Positions 1-15,074 of a stretch of 64,000 nucleotides of DNA are shown in pieces. Source of the stretch: Eledone cirrhosa (taxonomy: Eukaryota); the NCBI GenBank assembly GCA_964016885.1, contig OZ024742.1, forward strand, positions 345,154,001 through 345,218,000. The letters run 5' to 3'. The notes under the pieces are model-generated. The model had not been told where the DNA came from. It did no database searches and was given only the letters and a program-made list of their open reading frames with translations. A program made the translations under genes and the position numbers. Position 1 is the first letter of the stretch; each line of letters starts with the position of its first letter.

Positions 1-80
1 TGGTGTAATTGCTAAGGGTCTTTAATAGATTGTTACAAGCTATTTATTAGCCACTGATTAAGTGCAGTTATTTCCGGCAC

Positions 81-260
81 TTCAGCATCCTACACCGTCT
101 ATAAATCTATTCCCTCAATACTTTGTAAGTTAGAAGTTCAAGCTTCACACAGGCACACACGATGTATATATATATATATCGTGTGTGCCTGTGTGAAGCT
201 TGAACTTCTAACTTACAAAGTATTGAGGGAATAGATTTATAGACGGTGTAGGATGCTGAA
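81..260. repeat. Perfect fold-back inverted repeat (~83-bp arms) around a (TA)n spacer
   Basis: ttcagcatcc...cacacgat (81-163) is the reverse complement of atcgtgtg...ggatgctgaa (178-260). Confidence 0.95.
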
Positions 261-1170
<910 letters not shown>

Positions 1171-1696
1171 AACTATATTAATTGAGGAATCAATGAACCG
1201 TATTAATCTTTGGTCTTATATATATACATATATATATATATATTCTGTGTATATATGTATATGTGTGTGCGTGTGTGTGTGCGTTCGTGTGTGTGTATGC
1301 TTTAAATCCTTTATTTCTTCAGCACTACTTCACTCCCACACCCATTAACACCGCACCCCACCCCAGACACATCCAAATCTCTCATATGTAGAGTCACACA
1401 TCACAACACAACCCGATCTCAGTTTGACAATCGCCACCGACGAATGCGAGAAAGTTATCCAGGAAAGTTAACCATGTAAGTATGTATGTATACGTACATA
1501 CATATATGTATACAGACGTACAGTAGTATGTATATATATACATACATGCACATATATATATATGTACGTATGGGTTTACCGAACATTTATTATAATGTTC
1601 GGTTTGTATGTAAGCAAACAAACAGCCCGAATTACGCCGTACAATGTTCAGGCAACCATCGTCGTCTTTTTTTCCCTTCATCTGGCAGGAAGGTAT

Positions 1697-1739
1697 ACGA
1701 TGCTGACGATAGCTAATAAGCTTGAAACTAGTACATCGT
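1697..1739 (+). ncRNA. Minimal type-I hammerhead ribozyme
   Basis: acgatg-CTGACGA-t-agct(aata)agct-t-GAAA-ctag-TA-catcgt: 6-bp helix I, intact core, palindromic helix III (actagt), GUA site. Confidence 0.85.
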
Positions 1740-2152
1740 TCCTGTGTCAGTGTTGAACAAAAAGGTGACGATGGTTGCCTGAACGCTGTACGGCGTAATT
1801 CGGGCTGTTTGTTTGTTTACAAACAAACCGAACATTATAATAAATGTTCGGTAAACCCATATGTAGATATATGTATATATATATATATATATATGTGTGC
1901 ATGTATGTATATATATACATACATCTGTACGTCTGTATACATATATGTATGTACGTATACATACATACTTATATTTAAGTATCAGCCGTACTAAGAGTGA
2001 GAAATGAAATTTCGTTTCATTCTATTCCATTTATCATTTTCGGTGCGCCCGGCCGACTAACTCACTCGATATGCAAATTAGGCTGATAAGCCGTTAATAT
2101 GCATAAGGAAAGTATATACTTTCAGACGTTCAATCATCTGGCAGGAAGGTAT

Positions 2153-2195
2153 ACGATGCTGACGATAGCTAATAAGCTTGAAAGTAGTACATCGT
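2153..2195 (+). ncRNA. Hammerhead ribozyme copy with mutated helix III
   Basis: Same as 1697-1739 but GAAAgtagTA breaks the palindrome. Confidence 0.7.
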
Positions 2196-2451
2196 TCCTG
2201 TGTCAGTGTTGAACAAAAAGGCGACGATGGTTTCCTGAACACTGTACGGCGCAATTCAGCCTGTTTGTTTGTTTATTATAATAAATGTGCGGTAAACCCA
2301 TACGTCATATATATATATGTGTATGTGCATGTATGTATATATATACATACTACTGTACGTCTGTATACATATATGTATGTACGTATACATACATACTTAC
2401 ATTTAAGTATCAGCCGTACTAAGAGTGAGAAATGAAATTTCGTTTCAATCT

Positions 2452-3345
<894 letters not shown>

Positions 3346-3351
3346 TGAGAT

Positions 3352-3383
<32 letters not shown>

Positions 3384-4116
3384 GAGTGAGAGAGGGGGAG
3401 GGAGAGAGAATGTGTGTGTATAGCACTGAATACTCTATACATGGGGAGATGTAGAATGGGTGTAGAGATATGTAAAATTCGGAACGCGGCGCCAAACTAA
3501 ACACACAAGCCGAAACCACTTGGTGCCGCAGACAGGATTTTACATATCTCTACACCAAAGGTTCTCAACCCATCACGGCCAAACGCCCCCTTTTGCCCCT
3601 CAAAATCATGATACGCCCCCCCCATCTATCCTATTTTTCCATTTTTCAATACACTACTGATTTTAATATCAGTCGATTACTGGGCCAAATCAAGTTATGT
3701 TAGAATCTTTAAAAAGATCTTTAAAAAATACCCGTACGAATTAAATATTAAAATGTTTTAGTCCAAAACAAAAGCCAGCTACTTCATATTATATATTTAA
3801 AAAAAAAAGACGTGAATGTTCTCAAAGATTTGATCTCAGTCGAAAAAGTTTTTTTTTTAAATTCTATATTTCACTGTTAGCTGTTGTAATATTTTGAGTA
3901 GATAGAAAATTCTGCAATTCAAACTGTAAAGTCAAAATACAAAAAATGCAAAATATGAAAAATTTCTTACCTTTCTCTTGAATCACAAACTCAAGGCAGA
4001 AATAGTACCTTGCAAAATATAGTGCCTCGTTCACAAACTAAGTTGCAACGAATGAATTGAGATGCTTGGTGACAGTGAACAAAGAATATCTGTATCCCTT
4101 ATATATATATACATAG

Positions 4117-4185
<69 letters not shown>

Positions 4186-4343
4186 AACTTGTGTGTGTGT
4201 GTCTGTGTGTGCCATTGTTTTTGGTACAGAAGAATGCTGTCTCCAGTTATTTATTGCCGGGTCAAAAGCCACTGCTCTTTTCAACAATGTCAAATAACTG
4301 TGGTAAAACCAATATTTCAGACTCCATTATAACTGGTGAAAAT

Positions 4344-4578
4344 AAGGCGATGAGCTGGTGGAATCGGTAGCACATCTGGTGGAATCGGTAGCACATCTGG
4401 CGAAATGCTTAGTGGTACTTCTTCCATTTTTACGTTCCGAGTTCAAATTCTGCCGATCTCAACTTTGCCTGTCATCCTTTTGGTGTCGATAAATTAAGTA
4501 CCAGTTGTGAACTAGGATCGATGTAATTGACGGGACCCTAAACCCTAAATTTCATGCCTTGTGCCTATAGTAGAAATG
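4344..4578 (+). mobile_element. tRNA-derived SINE, full length, with TSD
   Basis: A-box-like gagctggtggaatcggtagc, B-box-like gagttcaaattc, body ctttgcctgtcatccttttggtgtcgataaattaagtacc. 18-bp TSD attataactggtgaaaat (4326-4343 and 4579-4596). Confidence 0.85.
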
Positions 4579-4904
4579 ATTATAACTGGTGAAAATCATC
4601 ATCCACGTTTGGCCCACTGGGCCTCTCCTTCGGGACGTAATGGCCCTTTTATGTCCTTGAGTTTGAGACCACACTTCTACACACACACACACACATATAT
4701 ATATACACTTTACTTTTTTTCTGTCTCTGGACGATGCCTATGCTGGAGCATCACCTTGGTTAGTTTTGGGGACGTCAACAAACCAACAAGCATTGGTGGG
4801 AGGGCAAACACAAACGCAAAGACACAGACAAACATACATATACATATATACGACGCGCTTCTTTTAGTTTCGGTCTATCAAATCCGATCGCGCAGTTAAA
4901 CCAC

Positions 4905-6183
4905 TGGGAGTGAAAAACCCCTAGCCCTTGTCAGGGCATTCTTCTAGGAGAAGGCATCTCAGGAAACTGGGTTAACTCCGACATAAAACCTGCGGCTCAG
5001 TAGTTACCGATGATGTTGATCTTTTCTTCTTTTCGGGTTATAGCTACTGTCGCTCAGAGAGTGGGATTGGCTCAGTGCACAGTCTTTCCTCACTTTAAAA
5101 ATATTCGTCACGCACAGGCATTGCACGAGTGCATTAATAATTATTAATAGTGTACTATTATTATTATTATTATTATTACTATTATTATTACTTTTTTTTT
5201 CTTTTTTTTTTCTCCAATTCAATGATGTTCCAGAACAATATAAAAGAGATAATTGGCAATTTAGGTTCTGGAACAAAAAAAATAATTGGCAATAAGGGCA
5301 GGGGCCCCAGGTTATCACAGCCTGGGCCCGCTCGTCATCGTGCCATCGTAATAGAGCCAAACAAGGCATTTAGTCTTGGCTGCTGGAACGTACGGACGCT
5401 GCTTGACAGGGATTCCTTGGAGCGTCCTGAACGAAGGACCGCTCTTGTTGCAAAGGAGCTTCGACGTTACGATCTTGGCATCGTGGCTTTATCTGAGACG
5501 AGGTTAGCTGGAGATGGTCATCTTACGGAATTTTGTGGAGAATATACATTCTTCTGGAAAGGAAGAGATGAAGGAACCAGAAGAGAGGCTGGGGTAGGAT
5601 TTGCTGTTAAGACTGTACTTGTGAGTAAATTAGAAGAATTCCCAGTAGGGATTAGTGAGCATCTTATGTCCATGTGAGTTCCGCTGGACAAGGAAAGATA
5701 TGCTACCCTGGTGAGTGTGTATGCTCCAACTATGAATTCTGTCGAAGAAGAAAAAGTGTCCTTTTACCATGCCTTGAAAGGTGTTTTAAGAAATATCCCT
5801 CAGGCAGACAAAGTCATCGTGCTTGGTGACTTTAATGCTAGAGTGGGTAGGGATTTGTTCCAACAAAAGAACAAATTCAAGACCACATGGATGCATCCTG
5901 CATCTAAGGAAAGGCATCTTTTTGACTACGTCCTAGTCAGGATGCGTGACAGACAGGATGTGCAGTGTGTTCGTGCTCTTCGTGGAGCTGAGTGCTGGAC
6001 GGACCACCGCCTGGTACGCGCAAAAGTGAAACTAATCACTAAACGTAAAATTCGGGCTCCTGGTGTTGCCCTGCCCAGGAGATTGAATGCTGCTCGTCTT
6101 AAGGATAAAAATGTGAAGAGGACATTGGAAGAAGAGATGCAGGCTGCAGATCTTGGTGAGGATTGGCCGACCCTTAAAAAGTC
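4905..6183 (+). mobile_element. RTE-clade LINE 5' part (5'UTR plus APE endonuclease), internally deleted and 3' truncated
   Basis: Motifs GCWNVRTL, ALSETR, VYAPT, GDFNARVG and TDHRLV; in-frame stop at ~5675; near-identical to 6881 onward where they overlap. Confidence 0.9.
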
Positions 6184-6292
6184 CCTTATATAGCTTTTGA
6201 TGTGTTTGAGGAAGGGTTTGAGAAGGGTATCAATGAAGTTGCTAAGACGGTGCGTTTCGCAAGCGGGGCCTGCTATTATAGGTCTTAATTTG
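6180..6292 (-). mobile_element. Fragment of a Penelope-like reverse transcriptase
   Basis: LRPIIAGPACETHRLSNFIDTLLKPFLKHIKSYIRD resembles the N-terminal PLE RT motif (compare TSPIVSSVEGPLYKISWLLARILKP at ~30900). Confidence 0.7.
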
Positions 6293-6659
6293 CTATTATA
6301 GGTCTTAACATAAAAACAGTCTTGGCGCAAAATCAATTTTTTACATTCACATGACCTCTACCGACCAATCAAAATTGTTTTGACCATAAGAATTTTTGCA
6401 GCACCAAAGTAACGCTGGAGCCACTTTTTTAACATAAAAACAGGTAGAATTCCCAAAACTAATCAGATCAGAGCAAACAACACGGACACTCTATCTCAAA
6501 ATTATTTTTCAAAAGCATTTAGAAATGCGCAACCGGTAAAAACTTAAAAACTTAAAACCACAACTGAATACTAACCCATACAATCACTAATACTCTTTTA
6601 TTCCTAATGAAACCATTTTTCAACTGTGAACAATTTGCCAGTATTTTCTATTCCGTTTA

Positions 6660-6718
<59 letters not shown>

Positions 6719-6880
6719 GCATATGTGTATATGTGTGTATGTATGTCTTTATGTACGTATATATGTATGTATATATATATGTTGTAAATGTTCATTTCAA
6801 TTCATTCTGAAGCTGTTGTTGCTGTAAACATTAGTGCCGGTGTTGTAGATGTTGGGGTTGAAATCTGGTCGTTTGACTGA

Positions 6881-9800
6881 GTGATGTATGTGTCCTTTTA
6901 CCATGCCTTGAAAGGTGTTTTAAGAAATATCCCTAATGCAGACAAAGTCATTGTGCTTGGTGACTTTAATGCGAGAGTGGGTAGGGATTTTAACACATGG
7001 AATGTAATCGGAAGGCATGGGGTGGGAAAGTGCAACAACAATAGTATGCCCCTGCTGCAGATGTGTGAGGAGCTGGATCTGTGTGTTACCAACACCATCT
7101 TCCAACAAAAGAACAAATTCAAGACCACATGGATGCATCCTGCATCTAAGGAATGGCATCTTTTGGACTACGTCCTAGTCAGGATGCGTGACAGACAGGA
7201 TGTGCAGTGTGTTCGTGCTCTTTGTGGAGCTGAGTGCTGGACGGACCTCCGCCTGGTACGCTCAAAAGTGAAACTAATCACTAAACGTAAAATCCGGGCT
7301 CCTGGTGTTGCCCTGCCCAAAAGATTGAATGCTGCTCGTCTTAAGGATAAAAATGTGAAGAGGACATTGGAAGAAGAGATGCAGGCTATAGATCTTGGTG
7401 AGGATTGGCCGACCCTTAAAAAGTCGGTTTATGATGTAGGCAGCAGGCGTGTTCTGGGATTGGTGCAGAGAAAACATCAGGACTGGTTTAATGATATTGA
7501 TGTACATATAGAAGATTTGGTGGCTGATAAGAGGTGTGCTCTGTCACGCTACTTGACGGCAAAACCACAGGAGAGGAATACGTTGCATGAGGAACTCAAG
7601 GATGTAAAATCACGTGTTAGGCGGAGTATTTCTCAGATGAAGGATCAGTGGTGGAGTGAGAAGGCTGGTGAGATACAAACTGCGTCAGATTCCAATAACA
7701 CAAAGCTGTTGTACAGTCTCTTGCGTGAGGTTTATGGACAGTCTTCTTCTTTGGTGACACCGCTTCGCAGCAAGGATGGCAAATAACTTCTTCGTGACTC
7801 ACAAGGAATTCTACGAAGGTGGCGAGAGCACTTTGATGATCTTTTGAATCAGCCGTCTGTCGTCAGTGAAGATTTCCTCAATCTCATTCCAGAAAGTCCT
7901 GTGAAAGTAGCTCTCGCAGAACCTCCGACCCTTGTAGAGGATGCAGTGGCTATTTCGAAGCTGAACAGTGGAAGATCTCCAGGTATGGATGGCATACATG
8001 CTGAGCTCCTACAATATGGTGGTGAGAGACTACTGCAACATCTTCACTCTTTGTTTGGCAGGATATGGGCTAATGAATCCGTACCTGAGGACTGGAGAGA
8101 TGCAGTAATGGTGTTCTTGTACAAGGGAAAGGGTAACAGGAATGATTATGGGAACTACAGAGGTATATCATTGCTTTCTGTCGTAGGGAAAGTTTTATGT
8201 AGGGTGCTTCTAGACCGTCTGCTGACACACATTGCAGATTGTGTTCTTCCTGAAAGTCAATCTGGTTTTTGTGCTGGACGCGGCACTACTGATATGATCT
8301 TCTCAGCTAGACAGCTCCAGGAGAAGTGCATGGAACAAGGCTTGGATCTGTATCAGGTTTTTGTCGATATGACAAAAGCTTTCGATACTGTTAACAGAGA
8401 TGCATTATGGAAGGTTCTCCAGAAACTGGGTTGCCCTGATAAGTTCCTTGCTTTAGTTAGGTCTTTCCATGACGACATGAAGGCTTGGGTTAATGTCGGA
8501 GGTAACATGTCGGAGCCTATCTCAGTAAAAAATGGAGTGAAACAGGGGGATATTCCAGCACCGACCCTGTTTGCCATATACTTTGCAATGTTTTTCTGTA
8601 TTGCATTCAGGAATTGCGAGCATGGTGTTTACATCTGATATCGAACCTCGGGCAGCATATTTAACATCAGTTACTTTGCTGCGAAGACAAAAGTATTTAC
8701 ATCAATCATAAGAGACCTCTTGTATACAGATGATTGCGATCTTGTAGCGCACACAGAGAGTGATATGCAGCACATTTTGAATGCATTTTCTGACGCTTGC
8801 ACTGCCCTAGGATTGACTGTCAGTCTCAAGAAAACCGTCGTCATGTACCAACCTGCCCCTGGTAAGCAGTACACTGAACCAAATATCTATGTCTATGGTA
8901 AACGACTTGGAGTGGTTGATCAGTTTGTCTACCTGGGAAGCACTGTCAATCGATACAGCAACCTTGACAGTGAAATCTCACTTAGGATTAGGAAAGCAAG
9001 TGATGCTTTCGGAAAGCTAGAAAGGCGACTCTGGGGTCGGCGAGACATATGCAGGAGGACAAAGGTAAAGGTGTACAAGGCATGTGTGCTCTCTTGTCTT
9101 CTTTATGCCTGCGAGACCTGGGTCACATATCGACACCACCTTAAGCAATTGGAGCGTTTCCATCAGATGTGTCTCAGACGGATCCATGGCGTTCACTGGA
9201 GGGACCACATCAGTGATGTCGAGATTTTGGAAAGCTCTATGTGTGACATATAGAAGCTCTTGTGCTTAAACAACGATTCCGTTGGAGTGGTCACCTTGCC
9301 AGGATGAAGGATTCTAGAATACCAAAACAACTCTTTTATGGAGAGTTGGTTAAAGGAAAACAACCGCCACATAAACCAAAAAAGAGGTATAAGTATTCCT
9401 TGAAAGCCTCTCTGAAAGACGCTAACATCTCTGCTGATACATGGGAAAATGTTGCTGCTGATCGTAATAAATGGAGAAAGACTGTATATGAGGAAAAAGT
9501 TGCCTTTGAGGCATCTCGAATCGCATACAAGAAAGTAAAGCGGGATGTGAGGAAGGGCATTGCTGTTGCACTTCCAGACGGCGAGGGTCCTCCTATGGTT
9601 CTGACATGCAGCGTCTGTGCGAGACTCTGCCTAAGCAAAGCTGGACTCGAAAGTCATCTTTGCAGTCATAAAGTAAGACCAGTGGTTGACTACCAGGCTG
9701 CTGTTGGAGATGCTACTCATCATGCTTGCCAAACATGTGGTAGAGAATGTAAATCAGCAGGAGGGCTCAAGCGACATGCAAAAGTACACGAACTCCAACC

Positions 9801-10012
9801 ACAGCCGGCTATTCCCAGTGAATGTTTTGGTTGCCGAATCTGTGCAAGACATTTTAGATCATTGGCTGGGCTAAAAAGCCACATTCGATCGCAGCACTGT
9901 TAGTTGCTATCGTGTGTGTGTGTGTGTATAGATATGCTTATGTGTGTGTGTGTGTATGTGTATATATATATGTATATGTATATTATTTTTGTTGTTGTCG
10001 TTATTATTATTG

Positions 10013-10044
<32 letters not shown>

Positions 10045-10066
10045 GTTATTAATGTATGTGTGTATG

Positions 10067-10103
<37 letters not shown>

Positions 10104-10215
10104 TTTTTATTTTATTTTTTATTTTATTTTTTATTTTACTTTTTATTTATTTATTAATTTTTTTTTTTTTACTCCTCGTGCAATGGCCATACTCGATAAC
10201 GAGCGGACAGCCATC
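6881..10215 (+). mobile_element. 5'-truncated RTE LINE (partial APE, RT, three C2H2 zinc fingers, microsatellite-rich 3'UTR); disrupted ORF
   Basis: NYRGISLLS, KAFDTV, GVKQG, YTDD, LLYACETW and RWSGH motifs; CxxC-x12-H fingers near the C-terminus; several stops and frameshifts; ends in (TGTA)n. Confidence 0.95.
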
Positions 10216-10752
10216 ATGTATGTATGTATATGATTGTATGTATGTATATGTATGAACCCACACCTTTCATCACCATTGCTTCTTTTTCTTGTCTTTTCTG
10301 TTGTTCTTGTAAGTGTTGTAAAAGTTGACATTGTCCTTATTTTCATCAACTTTGATTTCTTTCGTTTTTCTTTTATCTCCCTAGGGAATTCGTTGCCAAG
10401 CTTCTTTTATTTATTGTCTTCGTTTTCTTCGCTCAAATTCATTCACAGTGGCTGTCTTAAAGACGTACAAATATGTCTTATGAACTTTACCTAAGTAAAT
10501 AGCCTTCCAGTGACCCCCTAGCGCCCCCAAAGCTTCAAACGCCCCCCCCCCCCCAAAATAAAAATAAAAAACACCCGCCTCTTGTTCCAAAACGCCCCCT
10601 GGAGCTCCGAAACGTCCCCCGTTGTGAACTTTTTTCTACACCCATTCTACACCTCTCCATGTATCGAGTATTCAGCACCACACACACTCTCTCTCTCTAT
10701 CCCGCCCCATCCTCTCTCTCTCTCTCTTTGTATATATATACACGCACACACA

Positions 10753-10807
<55 letters not shown>

Positions 10808-10868
10808 ATGTATATATATATATATGTATGCACACATATATATATATATATATATATAATATTTATTT

Positions 10869-10985
10869 TAAGAACAGATTAAAGTTTAAGCAAAGAATCG
10901 CTGCTTTCACCCGCATCGGGATTTTCTGAAGATCCCGTTAAGGGTGAAAGCAACGATTCTTTTCTTAAACTTTAATCTGTTCTTA
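10869..10985. repeat. Short fold-back repeat turning inside a degenerate HHR-like motif
   Basis: taagaacagatt...tttcaccc mirrors gggtgaaagc...ctgttctta; the centre contains CTGAAGA-t-ccc(gttaa)ggg-t-GAAA without a canonical UH site. Confidence 0.8.
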
Positions 10986-11168
10986 TAATATATATATATA
11001 TATATATAAGCCATTGTGCTTCACTTTCTTCCGTGTATGAAGAAAAATAAATAATACAACTTCTCACTTCTCTTCCCGATTGAGCAATAGTTTCCATTTT
11101 TCCTTTTTTATACCAACGAATATTTCTACATATACATATACATACACACACACACACATGTATATATT

Positions 11169-11201
<33 letters not shown>

Positions 11202-11647
11202 GTATGTGTGTGTATGTGTGTATGTGTGTGTAAATATGTGTGTATGTATACGTTTGTTTGACATAAACTCTTGTGGAAGTCATGTTCGGATGTTTAACGA
11301 GTCCACTTGGAAATCATTAGACCCCGTTTCTGATCCCACTCCATGATATCTTGGGCAAATGTACTTCACTATAGCTTATAGTTGATCAGTATTTTATGAG
11401 GGATATTGGACAAATGGGAATAGTCTTGAAGGCCGTCGGATTGACTGTACGCGTCATTAAAATAGCCAGGTTTGTAACATATGTGTTAAGGTGAATCTCT
11501 CTGAGAAATACGCTAAGTGTTCATGTGTCTACTCCATTTGCTCACCATACGGAGATATGGGAGAGGGCGAGAGAGATGGAGGCGATGACGGTGGGAGTTC
11601 GGCTGTTCTTTCATGTTAACTTAGGTTACTATTTTCTATTGTGTATT

Positions 11648-11686
<39 letters not shown>

Positions 11687-11694
<8 letters not shown>

Positions 11695-12134
11695 GTATAA
11701 GAATCAAAGAACTGTTCAAAACATTATTGTGCTTACAGCTGTTTCCTCCAAACCGAGGTTTGGATTCTTCGGAGCAATTTATTAATGCATGGACAGTTAT
11801 ATGACCTCCTTTTCAGCCGAGAGACATACCAATACATATTCAAACATTGATACATATTCAAACATTGTGGGTCAACATTCATTACAGAATGTAATGAATG
11901 TAATGAATGTAATGAATGTAATGAATGTAATGAATGTAATGAATGTTGACCCACAATGTTTGAATATGTATCAATGTTTGAATATGTATTGGTATGTCTC
12001 TCGGCTGAAAAGGAGGTCATATAACTGTCCATGCATTAATAAATTGCTCCGAAGAATCCAAACCTCGGTTTGGAGGAAACAGCTGTAAGCACAATAATGT
12101 TTTGAACAGTTCTTTGATTCTTATACTTCATATA
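11687..12134. repeat. Perfect inverted repeat (~200-bp arms) with (AATGAATGT)n spacer, starting at (TA)n
   Basis: Arms are reverse complements, which gives the mirror ORFs 11733-12032(-) and 11789-12088(+). Confidence 0.95.
12045..12091 (+). ncRNA. Type-I hammerhead with U4C core variant (mirror copy at 11730-11776 on minus)
   Basis: tgct-CCGAAGA-a-tccaaac(ctcg)gtttgga-g-GAAA-cagctg-TA-agca; palindromic helix III acagctgt. Confidence 0.7.
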
Positions 12135-12292
12135 ACTGCTCTGTAAATCATCTGATGTTTTTACATTGAGCTACTTAACTTACTGGTAATAAGGTAGTAA
12201 TACATTACTGCCTACCACTATTTAGGGTGTGTGTAAAATACTTACAACTGCTTAAGGTTTTGTGTTTACATAACCATAAATAGTATAACTAA

Positions 12293-12351
<59 letters not shown>

Positions 12352-13644
12352 AAAAGGTTCAGGAGCCCGACGGCAGAGCTCAATCCGTTTCTTATTACCC
12401 ACTCTACTACCCAAAGTATCGAGTACTCTGGTGCGTTATGGTCCACCTAGTTCCTTACCACACTTCCTTTGTTATATATATATATATAATGGCACTCGCT
12501 GTCACCATCACAGTATTTCATTTGCAATTCGGTTTTACTTTTCATACGTTTAATGTACGAGCATAACGTAGATATATTCTCCTTTATAACATAAGTTTGT
12601 GTTCGTAATAATTTACACGTTTATTTATCACATGAGCAGGATAACTGGAAAACACATCTTTGAAATCGACGGTGTTCCATACCATTCCCAAGGTCATAGT
12701 TTCTCTGGCGGTGACCTCAAAGTAATCGCTACACAGAGGACATTAAGGCTATGAGGTCCCTACTCAGGCCTATATTCCCGTCGTTCTATATCTCTTAAAT
12801 AGAAAACAACTGTATCTCCAAATACAATCACGCCCCTATATAATTTACATCGCTGATACCCTATTACTCTACTACGTGTACCATCCGATAGGCTGAAACC
12901 ATGCTCGAGTACCGCCGTATATATATTCTTTTACTAGTTTAATTAATTAAACAGCGGCCATGCTGTGGCACATTCTTCACGACATGTAGTCGATCGTAAT
13001 TATTATTCAGTTTCATTCTTAAGCCTTTTGCCATCATTAAGTTATACGCTATTTTTCCGAACCCAAGAAAGAGTTTAATTATAATTTTTAAAGCAGAGAC
13101 AGCGGAAAGTTCCAGCAAGATCCTCTCAACAAAATCTCCATACGGTTTAAATACACAACACGTCTAAGATATCCGAATGAGTGAATGTCAGCAGAAGGTT
13201 ACGCAGGAGTCATGAACTGGATGCTGGCCGACCCCCTTAGAGTGAAAGAAGTTCAGGGCCGAAGCACTCGCCTGAGGAATATTTCTTCTCTGAAGACCTT
13301 CTGCTGTCCAGCTCTCCTGAGAATTTCTTATCACATTCACACGTTTCCACTTAAAATAATACTTGAAAAGATCCAGCGTGATACAACATTTGACAAATAT
13401 TGCAGACACAGTCATTAGACAACCTTCTACATAGTCACCCTCAACCCGACTTTACTTATACAAGATTCGATGCACTGGGACAGAACCCTTGAGGCTATGA
13501 TTGCAAAGCAAACATCTTAAAAATTGATCATGCTACGTCCTATGAGAATACAGACTCGTGACTCAGAAATGAAAGAATTCAAACAAACTGTGGTGTTCTA
13601 CAAACGTTTTTACTTGTTTTTACATAGAATAACATGAGAATATA

Positions 13645-13860
13645 ATGGTTTCTGATTTAGGCACAAAGCCAGCAATTTGAGGCGAGGGAAAAGTCGATTA
13701 AATCGACACCAATGCGTGACTGGTACTTTATTTTATTGACCCATGTAAGGATGAAAGGCAAAGGTAAACTCGGATTTGAAGTCAGAGAGTAAAGTGCCGT
13801 AACTCTATGTTGTAAAACATGGTGTCAGACACTCTACCGATACTGAAATCCACCATAAAA
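13645..13860 (-). mobile_element. tRNA-derived SINE (same family as 4344)
   Basis: Reverse complement of ctttgcctttcatcc...aaagtaccag...ttgtgcct. More copies or fragments at ~22300-22620, 26375-26585, 36880-37380 and 39280-39440. Confidence 0.75.
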
Positions 13861-14936
13861 TAATGAACACTGAACATTCACTAAAAGCAGCAAGTAGAAA
13901 CAGGGGTGAGGTGTTATTCCCTGAAGACCTTCTGTCCATTTCTTCTCTGTCCAGCTCTCTTGAGAGTTTCTTATCACTGTATTATATTACGTCGCTATAT
14001 ATATTATTTGTTAAGTGAAGACGTGTCTACGAAATACTTAATCATTTACACGTCCGTTAATTACATGAGCAGGATAACTGGAGCACACATCTTTGAAATC
14101 GACGATGGTCCATAGCAGTTCCTCTTACGTTGTCCTCAAAGTAATTTCGACACAGTGAAGGGCGTTGAAGCTATGAGGTCCCTGCTCAGGCCTACATTCG
14201 CGTCGTTCTCGATCTCTTAAATAGAAAACAACTTCGTCTTCAAATACAATCTCCCGAGAGCTTCTCATCACAGTGTCACGTTACGTCGCTATACGTATTA
14301 TTATATGACAATACATGGAAATATCTAGCAATATAACATAAATATTTTATCACAGTAAAATTGTAAGGGTAAAGACACCCTTCGATCACGAATAGCCATG
14401 GGATTTGCACCCAGCTCCCCCCTCCAAGTTTTGTTTATGGAAGACCAGCCGCCGCCAATGTATGTCTTCTCTCTCCACGCCAGCGATGTTGTCCAAGCTA
14501 AGATACACCAGTGACGTCGTAACTCATCTGCGTGAACTAAAGCAACAGGAAATAAAGTGTCTTCCTCAAGAACACAACACATCACCCGCTCTGAAAATCG
14601 AACTCATGACCTCACGATTGTATGCGCGATGCTCTAACCACTAATCCATGAACCTTCACACTACACACAATACTAATATCATTGTTCAATGGAATCGAAG
14701 TCGAAGTCACTGAAATTGTACTGAGAGTTCAGTTTGTTGTTGATAGATCAGATGATATTGGTGTATACATATACATACACACTCATACACAATCATTCTC
14801 ACACTGACACATAGACACACACACACACACACGTGTATATATTTAATAAAACTAGTATGTACGTTAGAATATTTGTTTTTATCCGAACTGTAGTAAAATG
14901 CAATATCTTTCGGGTGATATCACTTTATATATATAT

Positions 14937-14971
<35 letters not shown>

Positions 14972-15005
14972 TAGAGAGACAGAGAGAGAGAGAGAAAGAG
15001 AGAGA

Positions 15006-15051
<46 letters not shown>

Positions 15052-15074
15052 TATAGATATATAGATAGATAGAT

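Larger units (their letters stand above)
1477..2447 (+). mobile_element. HHR-containing non-coding repeat (family A): one inverted partial copy plus two tandem ~455-bp units; retrozyme or Penelope pseudo-LTR-like
   Basis: 1677-2020 repeats directly at 2134-2447. 1477-1670 is an inverted copy of ~1760-1975. The same family recurs at 40540-41500. Confidence 0.8.
3556..10633. mobile_element. Degenerate hAT-type DNA transposon shell containing nested SINE, RTE and Penelope insertions
   Basis: Left TIR caaaggttctcaac and degenerate right TIR gttgtgaacttttt. 8-bp TSD ctctacac/ttctacac. Removing the insert restores an inverted repeat whose other arm is 3400-3480. Confidence 0.6.

Noticed and set aside
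4344-4460. tRNA gene
   Set aside because: The A- and B-box-like motifs belong to a SINE head with a TSD; no complete cloverleaf
12600-14250. Diverged local duplication (12600-12830 vs 14040-14250; 13285-13335 vs 13915-13975) as possible exons
   Set aside because: No conserved reading frame or recognisable product
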